This document shows positions 50,445 to 61,952 of a DNA stretch of 64,000 bases, in pieces. Location of the stretch: NCBI GenBank assembly GCA_041640595.1, contig JBEPZY010000005.1, positions 273,160-337,159 on the forward strand, read 5' to 3'. The translations under genes were made by a program, and so were the position numbers. The notes under the pieces were generated by a model. It saw only the letters and a list, made by a program, of their open reading frames with translations, did not search any database and was not told where the DNA came from. Each line of letters starts with the position of its first letter. Within the stretch, counting starts at the first letter, position 1. Source of the DNA: Gemmatales bacterium. Lineage in GTDB: Bacteria; Planctomycetota; Planctomycetia; Gemmatales; HRBIN36.

Positions 50445-51289
50445 GGCCGGTAGCGCTGCATCAGTTTCGCAAACACCCAGTCCACCAGCCCCGGCACGAG
50501 TCGGTTGGCCCAGACCAGCAGCTTGCCGGGAGCTGTGATCACGACTTCGTTTTTGCGCTTCACGATAGCGGTAACGATTTCACGGGCGCACTGGCTGGCC
50601 GACATACGGGAGACTTCACGCCACGGTGCACGAAATCCTTTCGATAACATGTGTTGATTGAACGGCGTGTCAATCAGGCCGGGCAGCACGGTCAGCACGT
50701 GAATGCCTTGCCGAATCAATTCCGCCCGCAGCGCTTCGGATAAGCCGGTCAGAGCGAATTTGCTGGCACAGTAATGGGCGTAACCAGGAACACCGCGACG
50801 GCCCAGCACCGAGGAGATGTTGACGACCATGCCCCCCAGTTTGCTCTCGGCCAGGTGGGGAATCGCCAAGCGCGTCAGTTCAGCGGCGGCAAAAAAATTG
50901 GTTTCCATGATCTGCCGCAGCTCTTCCGGACGGGCTTCTTCAAACAGGCCACTGGCACCCACACCGGCGTTGTTAATCAGGATGTCCAGCCCACCCAGAT
51001 AGTGAACCGTGCCGTCTATCAGGAGCTTGCGATCCTCAGGGTTGGTTACATCCATGCCCAGGGCAATGATCTGGCTGCGACCGTAAGTGCGCAATTCCTG
51101 AGCCAGACGGTGCACTTTTTCGGCAGAACGTGCCGCCAGGCTCAAATGTGCACCGAAAAATGAAAGGCGTCGCGCCAGGGCTTCGCCAATGCCACTGGAA
51201 GCGCCCGTAATAATCACGCGAGCCTGGCCTAGCCAGGTGCGATCCCAGGGGCCTGTTTCCCTTGTCCTTGCCAGCAATTTTTTCAGCAT
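50441..51289 (-). CDS. SDR family oxidoreductase
   Basis: TGASSGIG, NNAG, YCASK. Confidence 0.9.
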   Translation of the reverse strand: MLKKLLARTRETGPWDRTWLGQARVIITGASSGIGEALARRLSFFGAHLSLAARSAEKVHRLAQELRTYGRSQIIALGMDVTNPEDRKLLIDGTVHYLGGLDILINNAGVGASGLFEEARPEELRQIMETNFFAAAELTRLAIPHLAESKLGGMVVNISSVLGRRGVPGYAHYCASKFALTGLSEALRAELIRQGIHVLTVLPGLIDTPFNQHMLSKGFRAPWREVSRMSASQCAREIVTAIVKRKNEVVITAPGKLLVWANRLVPGLVDWVFAKLMQRYRP

Positions 51290-51414
51290 CGGCAACAACT
51301 CCGCCAGCCGCTACGCCGCCTCTTCGGGTTCATGTTGCTTCGAGCAACGGGCATTCTGCCGACTCAGTGCACCTGCTGGATCGGTGATGCCGGGGACTCA
51401 TTGCTTGGCTGGCA

Positions 51415-52794
51415 CTATGGCTGACCATTGGCAGGCGGGTCGCCTCGCTCAATCTGGCTGACGCGGAATTCCACCGGCACGACGGTAGTCAGCCAGAGGC
51501 GTTGCGGCTTTTGTTTGATGATGCGATCCTGCCTGCCCTTACGGAGCTGCACATGCCAGCGTAATGTGGTATCCGGAGGCAGGCCCTCCAGCGCTTCGCG
51601 GACGCGGCGTTTGGACGGGGATTGATACGCCAGCACCTTCGTTTCCAGCACCTGCCGAGCGGTCGGCATGTCGGAGCCCTCGTCGGCGTTTTTTGGGGCT
51701 GGCCAAATTTCGGAGAAGTCCTGTCCAGCAATGCGTTCCAGGGCGGCGTCCTGAACGGGGCCATAAAATCGTTCCTCGCCGATAGTCAAGAAAGTGTACA
51801 CTGCTCGACCCTCGCGCCAGGCCACGTTGAAAATTGGATCAAACGGCTGGAATACATGATCGCTGACGTTGCGGATGCGGAGGTACAGCACCAGCATCAA
51901 ATCCGGATGCGATACGGCCGTGCGGCCATCCTGAGTGCGCGCGTAAGTGACTCGCTCCAGCCGAACGCGAAGCGGCGTTACTTCGATGCCATCGTACCGT
52001 TTCGTCTCTTGCAGGGAGACTGCGCTTGCTTCCGGGGGTTGTTGAATGGGATTGATCACAAACCGAGGCCGACCGCCTACGTCGCTGGTTGCTTCTACCG
52101 TCTCCGGCAAATCTTCCAGAGGATGGCGGGCTTTCTTGTCGCGCTCGTCCAGCCAGAGGCGAAACAAAATGATGGAGAGTGCCAGGAAGGTTACCGTGGT
52201 CGGGATCAGCACTGCCAGAACCCAGAACGAAAACGGGATTCTGCGGGGCGCTTCAGGGGCAATCGGTCGAGGTCGGCGTGTTTCCTGCAGGGAGCCGGGT
52301 AACGAGGTTTCCGCCCAGGTTTCTATGCCGACGGTAGCGGATGCCGGTTCGGCTGCGACGTCGCTTCCGGCTTGGGCGTCCGGTAATGCCCGTGTACCTG
52401 CATCGTTTCCGGTCAGCCGATTCCATTGTTGCCAGGCATCAGGTTCAGGGCCAGCTGGCGTACCTGCCCCAACTGCATTTGCTGGCGATTCGGTTGGGCC
52501 TGCCGTAAGCCCGGATTCGGGTGTTTCGGAAACAGGCAGCAGAATTTCCTGCGTCGTCGCTGGCTGAGCCGACCCAGGGATAGGGCCGGGAATTTCTCCT
52601 GCCTGGCCGGTAACGCTCGGAGATGCCGGAGAACTCGTTTGCACGATCGAATCAGGCAAGATCAGTTGCGGAGCTTCGGCCGGGATTTTCAAAGTTTGGC
52701 CACAGCTGCCGCAGCGTACCTTGCCATTGCGCTGCCAGACGGCAATTCCGATCACACAACCGCAACCACCGCAGCGAAATGCCAGTATCGTCAT
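51415..52794 (-). CDS. Hypothetical protein: N-terminal zinc ribbon, disordered linker, single TM, extracytoplasmic domain
   Basis: CGGCG...VRCGSCG; TM FWVLAVLIPTTVTFLALSIILF. Confidence 0.72.
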   Translation of the reverse strand: MTILAFRCGGCGCVIGIAVWQRNGKVRCGSCGQTLKIPAEAPQLILPDSIVQTSSPASPSVTGQAGEIPGPIPGSAQPATTQEILLPVSETPESGLTAGPTESPANAVGAGTPAGPEPDAWQQWNRLTGNDAGTRALPDAQAGSDVAAEPASATVGIETWAETSLPGSLQETRRPRPIAPEAPRRIPFSFWVLAVLIPTTVTFLALSIILFRLWLDERDKKARHPLEDLPETVEATSDVGGRPRFVINPIQQPPEASAVSLQETKRYDGIEVTPLRVRLERVTYARTQDGRTAVSHPDLMLVLYLRIRNVSDHVFQPFDPIFNVAWREGRAVYTFLTIGEERFYGPVQDAALERIAGQDFSEIWPAPKNADEGSDMPTARQVLETKVLAYQSPSKRRVREALEGLPPDTTLRWHVQLRKGRQDRIIKQKPQRLWLTTVVPVEFRVSQIERGDPPANGQP

Positions 52795-52996
52795 CTTTTG
52801 CCCCGCTGATGTCACTCAAGCGCTTCACATGCCAAATTATACTTCCTGCACTCCCCGGAAGCCGATGCCAGGTCGGGTAAGCCAGGACGAGATTGGCTCT
52901 CGCATCTCCGCCGATTTACCATCAGGCCGGTCAGGCCAGAACCGATACCTGTGCTCATGGCGGGATTGGTATGTGCATCTCCGCCGGTTCGCCATT

Positions 52997-53740
52997 TCAC
53001 GAGATGGGTCCGGCAAATTCGTCCCAGGGTATTTTGCACAAAGCCTGCCAGGCGGAAGCAATCGGATCGGCCGCGTGGGGAACGCGGGCCAGGATCGGCA
53101 CTGTTAGCCAGCGGCGGAGTTCATCCTCGCAAGTCCGTTCCGCCCAGCTACCAGTCGGGACTGTAGATTCGTTGAGCACAATGCCAGCCACAGCCAAACC
53201 GCGGCGCTGAGCGGCCTCTACTGTCAACAAGGTGTGATTGAGAGTTCCGAGAGCCGTTCGGGACACAATTACCAGCGGAAGATTCACAACCGCAGCCAGG
53301 TCGGCCACCGCTTTCCCTTCGGTCAGGGGACAAAGCAAACCGCCAATGCCTTCAACTACCAGCCAATCCGCCCAGTCCTGCCAAGACCGCACCGCCGAGA
53401 CAATGGCATCAAAATCGAGGCGCTGACCGACCAATCGGGCTGCCACCGTCGGTGCCGCTGGTTCTGGAAATGACCACGGCGTAACCCGTCGAGCCCAATC
53501 CACGGAGCTAACAACAGATGAACCCCGTTCGCTTGTGGACGCGAAATGGCTGTCGCAGAGTCCCGCGGCTTGCATCAACAGGCGAGTATCGTCGCCTGGC
53601 TGACCGGGTGGGACACCCGTAGCCACGGGTTTGCAGACACCAACACGGTAACCGCGATCGCGGCACCACCGCGCCAGCGCGGCAGCGACGATCGTTTTCC
53701 CAACACCCGTATCGGTTCCGGTAATGAACCAGCCTCGCAT
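52997..53740 (-). CDS. bioD: Dethiobiotin synthase
   Basis: FITGTDTGVGKT, KPVATG, VEGIGG, LGTLNHT. Confidence 0.95.
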   Translation of the reverse strand: MRGWFITGTDTGVGKTIVAAALARWCRDRGYRVGVCKPVATGVPPGQPGDDTRLLMQAAGLCDSHFASTSERGSSVVSSVDWARRVTPWSFPEPAAPTVAARLVGQRLDFDAIVSAVRSWQDWADWLVVEGIGGLLCPLTEGKAVADLAAVVNLPLVIVSRTALGTLNHTLLTVEAAQRRGLAVAGIVLNESTVPTGSWAERTCEDELRRWLTVPILARVPHAADPIASAWQALCKIPWDEFAGPIS

Positions 53741-53844
53741 CGTGGTCGCTTTATACCCTGGTCCCGGCTGGGATAAATTTTTTCTGGACGGCCGCGTTCC
53801 GGAATCCTGGTTAGCGTGGCAGGTGTCCGGAGTTAGCGCTGGCT

Positions 53845-55338
53845 TCAGGGATTTTTGGGAGGCGGTTTATCGAAAATCGCCGGTCGGTTGGGATTGGTTT
53901 GCGGTTGGGTGGCACCGCGAGCGCGAGCGATGGCCTCTGGTTCCGGGAAACGCCCCTGGTCGTCGGTTTCCGCCAGCCACACATCCAGGGCCGTCCGCAG
54001 ACGCAACAATGCCTCGCGGTGTTCCGGTAACGGCGACTCCACAAGGTTTTTCGTTTCATGCGGATCGGTCAGGGTATCATAAAGTTCTTCCGCGGGCATG
54101 GTGGGGGCGGTGAGGAATTTTTGCACAGGCGTCAATCGCCCTTCCCGATCGAGTTCCTTCAAAAGGTTCCAAACCGGATACTGTTTCTCCTTATACCCGT
54201 TTGGCTGCAAAAACGGTCGCTCGGGCGTGTAATTGCGGATGTAGCGGTAACGGGAGTCTCGGACGGTGCGGAATCGGAAGACGGTTTCGTCGCAGCGGTC
54301 GCGGGCACCGAAGACATATTGCCGCGGTGGGTCTGCCTGTTCGCCGAGGAAAACGCGTCCCTGCATCAGCAACGGTTTGCGACCGCCTGCCAGGCTGATC
54401 ATGGTCGGCAGAAAGTCAATCGCGCTGATCAATTGCTGCGAGCGTGTCCCTGGACGAAATTGCGGCGGCATGGGTATGCCTTTGGGCCAGTAAATGATGA
54501 GCGGCACATGCAGGCCGCTGTCGTAACAAAACTGCTTGCCCCGCACGTGTGCCTGACCATTGTCGGCGAAGAAGAAAATCACCGTGTTGTCGGCCAGACC
54601 ATCGCGTTGCAGCAGGTTGAGAACGGCACCGATTTTGGTGTCGAGTTCGCTGATCGCGTCCAGATATTTCGCCCAATCCTGTCGCGTAACCGGATGGTCG
54701 GGATAATAGGGCGGGATTTCGACTTTGGACGGGTCTGCTCGCGGGGGTGAGCGAAATGGCCGATGCGATTCGTAAAAGTTGATCTGGGCAAAAAACGGCT
54801 GGTGCGATTTGAGGTCTTCCCAGCGGTCGCTGTCGAAGGGCTTGCCGTAATAAGTGAAGTTCCAGTCGGTCTTGCCAGTGCCGACATTGAGCACGGAAGG
54901 CCCTAAATCCACTCCGGCCGGAAACTGACGCAGATTGGCCGTGAAGTAACCCAGGTCCCGCATCCAGTCCGTAGCCAGACGCACACCGGGCGGCAGGGTA
55001 AACCCATCATCGCGATGACTGCGGTGATGGTGTGCGGCAATGGTCGTTTGATACATGCCGGTCATAAAAGCCGATCGGCTCGGCGAACAAACCGGGGCTG
55101 TGGTGAAACATCGCGTAAACAACATCCCCTGCTGGGCCAGGCGATCGAGATTCGGCGTCCAGACCTCTTTTGTCCCGAAGCAGCCCAGGTGCGGGCCCAT
55201 ATCCTCGGCGATGAGCCACAAAAAATTCGGTTTTCGCGTCTGACTGCCGCTGACGTCTGGTGGCCAACTCAGGTTCCACAGGATGAGCAATCCTGCCATA
55301 CCCAGGACGCTCCCAGGATTGCCAATTTTCAGCGGCAT
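53845..55338 (-). CDS. Secreted sulfatase (formylglycine-dependent)
   Basis: KPNFLWLIAED, TPNLD, CSPSR signature, DNG, VPLII. Confidence 0.92.
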   Translation of the reverse strand: MPLKIGNPGSVLGMAGLLILWNLSWPPDVSGSQTRKPNFLWLIAEDMGPHLGCFGTKEVWTPNLDRLAQQGMLFTRCFTTAPVCSPSRSAFMTGMYQTTIAAHHHRSHRDDGFTLPPGVRLATDWMRDLGYFTANLRQFPAGVDLGPSVLNVGTGKTDWNFTYYGKPFDSDRWEDLKSHQPFFAQINFYESHRPFRSPPRADPSKVEIPPYYPDHPVTRQDWAKYLDAISELDTKIGAVLNLLQRDGLADNTVIFFFADNGQAHVRGKQFCYDSGLHVPLIIYWPKGIPMPPQFRPGTRSQQLISAIDFLPTMISLAGGRKPLLMQGRVFLGEQADPPRQYVFGARDRCDETVFRFRTVRDSRYRYIRNYTPERPFLQPNGYKEKQYPVWNLLKELDREGRLTPVQKFLTAPTMPAEELYDTLTDPHETKNLVESPLPEHREALLRLRTALDVWLAETDDQGRFPEPEAIARARGATQPQTNPNRPAIFDKPPPKNP

Positions 55339-55538
55339 GCGCTATTCCTCCGATAGCTCTGGATGGTGAATCTGGTGCCGGGCGATTCGACACTTTGGCT
55401 AACCGACTACCATTGTGCTGAACCGAAACTGCAGCGACAAGACGCGATTTGCTCTAGGCGCGGCCATGATCCTGCGTTATAGCATCGGCCCGAAATGATG
55501 CCGACACAAAACCCGCAGAGTCAGGCAGGAGCGAAGAC

Positions 55539-56372
55539 ATGGTGACGCGAAAAGTATGGCTGAGCATCGCGGCACTGGCATTGCTGGGCCAGGCTTTTGG
55601 GGAGGATGCCGTTCGATTCCGCTTTCGACCCGGCGAAAGTTGGCAATACCGCGTCCAGCAAACCACGCGGGTCACCCAGACGTTCCAGGGAGAAACGAAT
55701 CTGCTGGAGTCCAGCACGGAGCTGGTGAAACGCTGGGAAGTTAAGGAAGTGTTGCCGGACGGCTCCGCCTGGTTGCAGCTGAGCATACCGGAACTGAAAT
55801 TGAAGCAAAAGCTGCCGAGCGGCCAGAGCATCGTTTATGATTCCACCCAGCCGCAGCAATCGCATGCAGCTCTGCGCGAGCAAATGGAACAGTTCGTCGG
55901 TAAACCCACGGTGCAGTTGAAAGTGGACTCGCGCGGGCAGGTGCTGGAAACAAAACCGCTGCTTCCCATTCCTGGCATCGGCACTGGAAGCGAACCGCCG
56001 TTCGGCATCGTATTGCCCGAATCCGCACTGCAAGCCGGCCAGCGCTGGCAGCGCTCGTTTCAGATTGTGCTGGAACCGCCACTGGGTACGGGCCAAAAAT
56101 ACGACGCCGAACAACATTACGAAGTCCGGACGCTTGCTGCCGAGCAAGCAGAGATCACTTTCGTGACCCAACTCAAAAATCCTCCCACCGATCCTGCGGA
56201 GAAAATCCCGTTATTGCAGAAGATAACCCGTGGCGTGGCGGTGCTGGATCGGATGACGGGGCGCGTAACCCTCTTGCGTGTCCAGGCCGGTGGCACCGTG
56301 GAAGGCCTCGAGGGTGCACCGGACAGCAAGTACGAGTTCTTCAGCGAATACGTGGAGCGTCTGCAACGGTAG
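55539..56372 (+). CDS. Secreted hypothetical protein
   Basis: AGGAG RBS, signal peptide, 277 aa. Confidence 0.72.
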   Translation: MVTRKVWLSIAALALLGQAFGEDAVRFRFRPGESWQYRVQQTTRVTQTFQGETNLLESSTELVKRWEVKEVLPDGSAWLQLSIPELKLKQKLPSGQSIVYDSTQPQQSHAALREQMEQFVGKPTVQLKVDSRGQVLETKPLLPIPGIGTGSEPPFGIVLPESALQAGQRWQRSFQIVLEPPLGTGQKYDAEQHYEVRTLAAEQAEITFVTQLKNPPTDPAEKIPLLQKITRGVAVLDRMTGRVTLLRVQAGGTVEGLEGAPDSKYEFFSEYVERLQR

Positions 56373-56617
56373 AACCAGGGGTAGGGTCAGCGCAGTTGCT
56401 TTGCCGAGACCTGACGGGTCGCTTTACACCAGTGGTGCTGTTTTTTACTGGCATGCAAATGGTGCTGGCTGCGCAGGTGCGGGCGGCCATGCTGTAACCT
56501 GCCCAGTGCCGCTGCTATTTACCGGCATACAAAATGGCGCCCGCTCACCAGCGGTGAACGCAAGGGAATCTGCGATCACCAATCGCACTGCCGAACCTTG
56601 CCCGGACCGCACCGGTG

Positions 56618-57604
56618 TCAGGAAGGCAGCAGAGATTCGACGGCAGCGCGTTCTTCGAGGAGTTCCTGCAGAGTGATCTGGAACAGCCGCTGCCCGAAGG
56701 CGTCGAAGGAAAGGCCTTCCACCGGTTGATAACGCCCCTGATTGTTCGTGCAGGGGTAGCTGAATACCAATCCCTGGGGCACGCCATACTGCCCTTGCGA
56801 AACAACTGCGGCGCTGACCCAGTCACCTGGCGGCGTGGGTTCAAGCAAGCTCTTGACGTGTTGAATGGTGGCATTGGCGGCGGAAAGGGCAGAACTGGCA
56901 CCGCGTTTTTTTATGACTTCCGCGCCGCGATTCTGACATTGTGGTACAAACACCTGTTCCAGCCATTGCCGGTCGCCGATCACTTCTTCCGCGGGTCGGC
57001 CACGAATCAGGGCATGCTGGAAGTCCACAAACTGGGTGTTACTGTGATTGCCCCAGATAGCGACACGCGTCACTTCATCGTCGCGAACACCGGCTTTCCG
57101 GGCCAGTGCACTGCGAGCCCGATTGTGGTCGAGTCGGGTCAACGCCGACCATCGCTCGGCCGGAATGTCTCGCCCGTTACGGTAAGCGACCAGGCAATTG
57201 GTGTTGCAGGGATTGCCCACGACCACAATCCGCACGTCCGAAGCAGCATGAGCGGCGAGTGCGCGACCCTGAGTTACGAAAATCTGGCCATTGATGCTGA
57301 GCAAATCCTTCCGCTCCATCCCGGCTTTCCGTGGAAAAGCTCCGACGAGCAAAGCCCAATTGCAATCGCGGAAGGCACGGTTCGGGTCATCGGTGAGGAT
57401 GATGTCGGCCAGGGTGGGGAAACTGCAATCCCACAATTCCATGGCCACCCCTTCCAGCGCCTGCATAGCCTGCGGTATTTCCAGCAACTGGAGAATGACC
57501 CGCGTTTGTGGGCCAAACACTTCTCCCGATGCCAGCCGGGGTAGCAAAGCGTAAGCCACCTGTCCCGCTGCTCCTGTGACAGCCACTCGTACAGTTGTTG
57601 TCAT
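56618..57604 (-). CDS. mdh: Malate dehydrogenase (MDH type 2)
   Basis: [40 protein letters not shown]. Confidence 0.95.
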   Translation of the reverse strand: MTTTVRVAVTGAAGQVAYALLPRLASGEVFGPQTRVILQLLEIPQAMQALEGVAMELWDCSFPTLADIILTDDPNRAFRDCNWALLVGAFPRKAGMERKDLLSINGQIFVTQGRALAAHAASDVRIVVVGNPCNTNCLVAYRNGRDIPAERWSALTRLDHNRARSALARKAGVRDDEVTRVAIWGNHSNTQFVDFQHALIRGRPAEEVIGDRQWLEQVFVPQCQNRGAEVIKKRGASSALSAANATIQHVKSLLEPTPPGDWVSAAVVSQGQYGVPQGLVFSYPCTNNQGRYQPVEGLSFDAFGQRLFQITLQELLEERAAVESLLPS

Positions 57605-57767
57605 CGTGCTCTCCACGTTTGTGGTGCTTGGTGATCAGTGGCCAGAAATTGGTTGCTGTGCCGTACTCTAATGCGTTATCATGGGTGCATAAATGCATAA
57701 ATAGCAAGCCGGATGCGGATCGGCATGATCGGTGCCAGACTTTCCACCGCCGTCGCCAGACGATATA

Positions 57768-59070
<1,303 letters not shown>

Positions 59071-59093
59071 AGTCCGACCGCCGGCCACGAACG

Positions 59094-59179
59094 GTGGCTA
59101 TCGTGGTCAGTGGTCAGTGACCGGTGACCAGTGGTCAGTTGCAGGAGGAGACAATGGCCGGTGGTCAGTTGCAGGAGGA
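59094..59179 (+). repeat. GTGRYCA heptamer array plus 19-bp direct repeat between gap and pgk
   Basis: GTGGTCA GTGGTCA GTGACCG GTGACCA GTGGTCA; GTGGTCAGTTGCAGGAGGA at 59131 and 59161. Confidence 0.85.
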
Positions 59180-59233
59180 CTTATTAGGGCCAAGCCTGCT
59201 ACTGGATTCACGGAGCTGACTGGGTGAGGGTAA

Positions 59234-60442
59234 ATGATGACCGGTAAAAAGAGCTTGCGACATATCAGCGACTTTTACGGCAAGCGATTCCTCATCCGCG
59301 TGGATTTCAACGTCCCCCTGGACAAAGATGGGCAGATTACCAACGATCGCCGCATCCGGGCCGCTTTGCCGACGATTCAATACGTGCTGGACAAAGGTGG
59401 TAAGGCCATCGTCATGAGTCACCTGGGCCGGCCCAAGGGGGATCCCAAAGCCGATGCGATTTACCGCATGGATAACGTGGCGAGGCGGTTATCGGAACTC
59501 CTCGACCGGCCAGTGCGAAAGACCGATCAGGTCGTGGGCCCGGCAGTGGTGGCGGCGGTCAATGTGCTCAAGCCCGGCGAAGTTCTTGTTCTGGAAAATT
59601 TGCGCTTCCATCCTGGCGAGGAAAAAAACGATCCCGAAGCGGCAGCCCAGCTGGCATTGATCGGCGATGTCTATGTCAACGATGCGTTCGGAACATGCCA
59701 TCGGAAGCACATGTCCATGTACGCCTTGCCGCAGGCCATGACCGGCAAACCGAAAGTGGCCGGTTTCTTACTGGAAAAGGAATTGCAGGTGCTGGGCCAG
59801 TTGCTGGAAAATCCAAGCCGGCCAGTCGTCGCGCTTCTGGGCGGGGCCAAGGTTTCGGACAAGATAGACTTTATTCGGGCTCTGTTGCCGCGTGTGGATC
59901 GGCTGCTCATTGGCGGAGCGATGACATACACGTTCATGAAATCGCTCGGCCAAAACGTGGGCAATTCGCGTTGCGAAAACGACAAACTCGAACTCGCCCG
60001 CGCGCTCTGGCAGGAGGCACACGGCAAGATCGTACTGCCCAAAGACCATCTCGTTGCTGATAAGGGCGATGCCTCGGCTGCCACCCGTGTGGTCGAAGGA
60101 GCAATTCCGGAAGGCTGGTTCGGAGTGGACATCGGGCCCCAGACCATCGCGCTTTACAGTTCCGAATTGCGTCGTGCCGCTACCGTCGTCTGGAACGGTC
60201 CCGTCGGCTGGTTCGAGATCGAGCCATTCAGTCAGGGTACCCGGCAACTGGCGCAGACTCTGGCTGAGATCACGTCGCAGGGAGCTGTCACCATTGTCGG
60301 TGGCGGTGAAACCGCGGAAGCCGTCGAGGCACTCGGACTCGACCAGCGTATGACCCACGTTTCCACCGGTGGCGGTGCTTTCCTCGATTACATCGCCAAC
60401 CACGGCCAACTGCCCGCCCTGGAGGTGCTGGACAACCTCTGA
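59234..60442 (+). CDS. pgk: Phosphoglycerate kinase
   Basis: RVDFNVP, SHLGRP, ENLRF, NDAFG, GGAKVSDK, HVSTGGGA. Confidence 0.97.
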   Translation: MMTGKKSLRHISDFYGKRFLIRVDFNVPLDKDGQITNDRRIRAALPTIQYVLDKGGKAIVMSHLGRPKGDPKADAIYRMDNVARRLSELLDRPVRKTDQVVGPAVVAAVNVLKPGEVLVLENLRFHPGEEKNDPEAAAQLALIGDVYVNDAFGTCHRKHMSMYALPQAMTGKPKVAGFLLEKELQVLGQLLENPSRPVVALLGGAKVSDKIDFIRALLPRVDRLLIGGAMTYTFMKSLGQNVGNSRCENDKLELARALWQEAHGKIVLPKDHLVADKGDASAATRVVEGAIPEGWFGVDIGPQTIALYSSELRRAATVVWNGPVGWFEIEPFSQGTRQLAQTLAEITSQGAVTIVGGGETAEAVEALGLDQRMTHVSTGGGAFLDYIANHGQLPALEVLDNL

Positions 60443-60744
60443 CCTTCTTTCTGACGAGCCAGGCTTCTGCGTGCCGAAAACCGGGATAATGTGCGCGGGT
60501 TCTCGCCCGTCTTGGTTTCCCATCGAGGGAATAGTTCGCAGATGGCTTAGTGTTTCTCCGCTTCTCACGCGCACAAAACCAACGCTCTGACTGCCAGCGT
60601 TTTCTACCCTTGCACGTTAAACCAACCAGTACAGGCAACTGGCCATTAGGCCCGCAACCACTGGATTATTCTCGCAGGCCGATGCCGGTGCTTTGCTTGA
60701 CTATAGGACTTCAGCGACAGATGTGCTCATGCGGTGAAATGGCC

Positions 60745-60776
60745 AAAAAGAAAGGGCGGCCTAGTCTCGACCGCCC
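60745..60776 (-). terminator. Intrinsic terminator after the FNF-repeat gene
   Basis: Minus strand GGGCGGTC-GAGACTA-GGCCGCCC-TTTCTTTTT. Confidence 0.75.
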
Positions 60777-60811
60777 ACCGCTCCACAGCTCCGTGTTCCA
60801 AGCCATCGCGG

Positions 60812-61720
60812 CTAGTGACTTTGCCGTTTGTGATAGTAACTGGCGACGGAATCCATACCGACCGGACTGGCGAGACCCACGATTCCTCCACCGAAGACGC
60901 CAACGCCGGTGCGCCGGTCGTAACCAGCTTGCGGTAGCAAGTCACCGCCAGCGAAACCAAAGCCTTTTCCACCGAAGTTGAATCCGCCGCCGAAGTTAAA
61001 CCCGCCACCACCGAAATTGAATCCGCCGCCGAAGTTGAACCCGCCGCCGAAGTTGAACCCGCCGCCACCGAAATTGAATCCGCCGCCAAAGTTAAACCCG
61101 CCGCCGAAGTTGAATCCACCGAAGTTGAATCCGCCACCGCCGAAGTTAAACCCACCGAAGTTGAACCCGCCACCACCGAAATTGAAGCCGCCACCGAAGT
61201 TAAACCCGCCGCCACCGAAATTGAATCCGCCGCCACCGAAATTGAATCCGCCGCCGAAGTTGAAGCCGCCACCACCGAAGTTAAACCCGCCGCCACGGTT
61301 GAACCCGCCGCCGAAATTGAATCCACCAACGTTCAACCCGCCGCCGAAATTACCACCGAAATTGAAGCCGCCACCGCGATTGAACCCGCCGCCGAAGTTC
61401 TGTCCCACATTCTGACCACCAAAGTTCTGTCCCACGTTTTGTCCGCCACCAGTTTGTCCACCACCAGTGTTCTGGCCGCCGCCACCCATTACCGTGCCAA
61501 ACGCCAATCCTACCGGCGGCAAACCATTCCTGGGTATGGAGCGATCCGGCGGCGTGGTCGGCAACCCAGGGCGCAACCCTCCCTGCTGTAAAACCCGTGC
61601 TACTGTGAACTGGGCTGGATTTTGACCCGCGGCTTCTTCTGACAGTGCCAACCAGCCGATGGCCAGCAAACTGCCCGCTAAGCCAATTCTCAGCAATCCC
61701 GGCAGATGTGATGCGCTCAT
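60812..61720 (-). CDS. Secreted glycine-rich protein with tandem G2-4FNF repeats
   Basis: AAGGAG RBS, signal peptide, 19 FNF units with synonymous codon variation, downstream terminator. Confidence 0.8.
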   Translation of the reverse strand: MSASHLPGLLRIGLAGSLLAIGWLALSEEAAGQNPAQFTVARVLQQGGLRPGLPTTPPDRSIPRNGLPPVGLAFGTVMGGGGQNTGGGQTGGGQNVGQNFGGQNVGQNFGGGFNRGGGFNFGGNFGGGLNVGGFNFGGGFNRGGGFNFGGGGFNFGGGFNFGGGGFNFGGGGFNFGGGFNFGGGGFNFGGFNFGGGGFNFGGFNFGGGFNFGGGFNFGGGGFNFGGGFNFGGGFNFGGGGFNFGGGFNFGGKGFGFAGGDLLPQAGYDRRTGVGVFGGGIVGLASPVGMDSVASYYHKRQSH

Positions 61721-61952
61721 AGCGTGGTCTCCTTAGCCCGCAATCGGATCGAACCAGACTGGCTCTTCAACTCCCCTATCGGTCTCGCTTTATTCTCGGC
61801 TATGCCCGGGTTTTTGTCAAGTGACAGCGGCCGCACTAATAGCACCCGCACTCGGCATATCTGTTCCACCGTGCTGCCCCTGGGGCAAGTTTTTCGCCGC
61901 TCGGGCCTAGCTGCAAGAATAAACGCATTTTTCGCGGACCCTTGCGCTGTCT

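Noticed and set aside
60727..61415. Alternative-frame ORFs (AAGSTS repeats on -, NPPPKL repeats on +)
   Set aside because: Shadows of the FNF repeat gene, which has the RBS, signal peptide and terminator and whose frame makes the variation synonymous.
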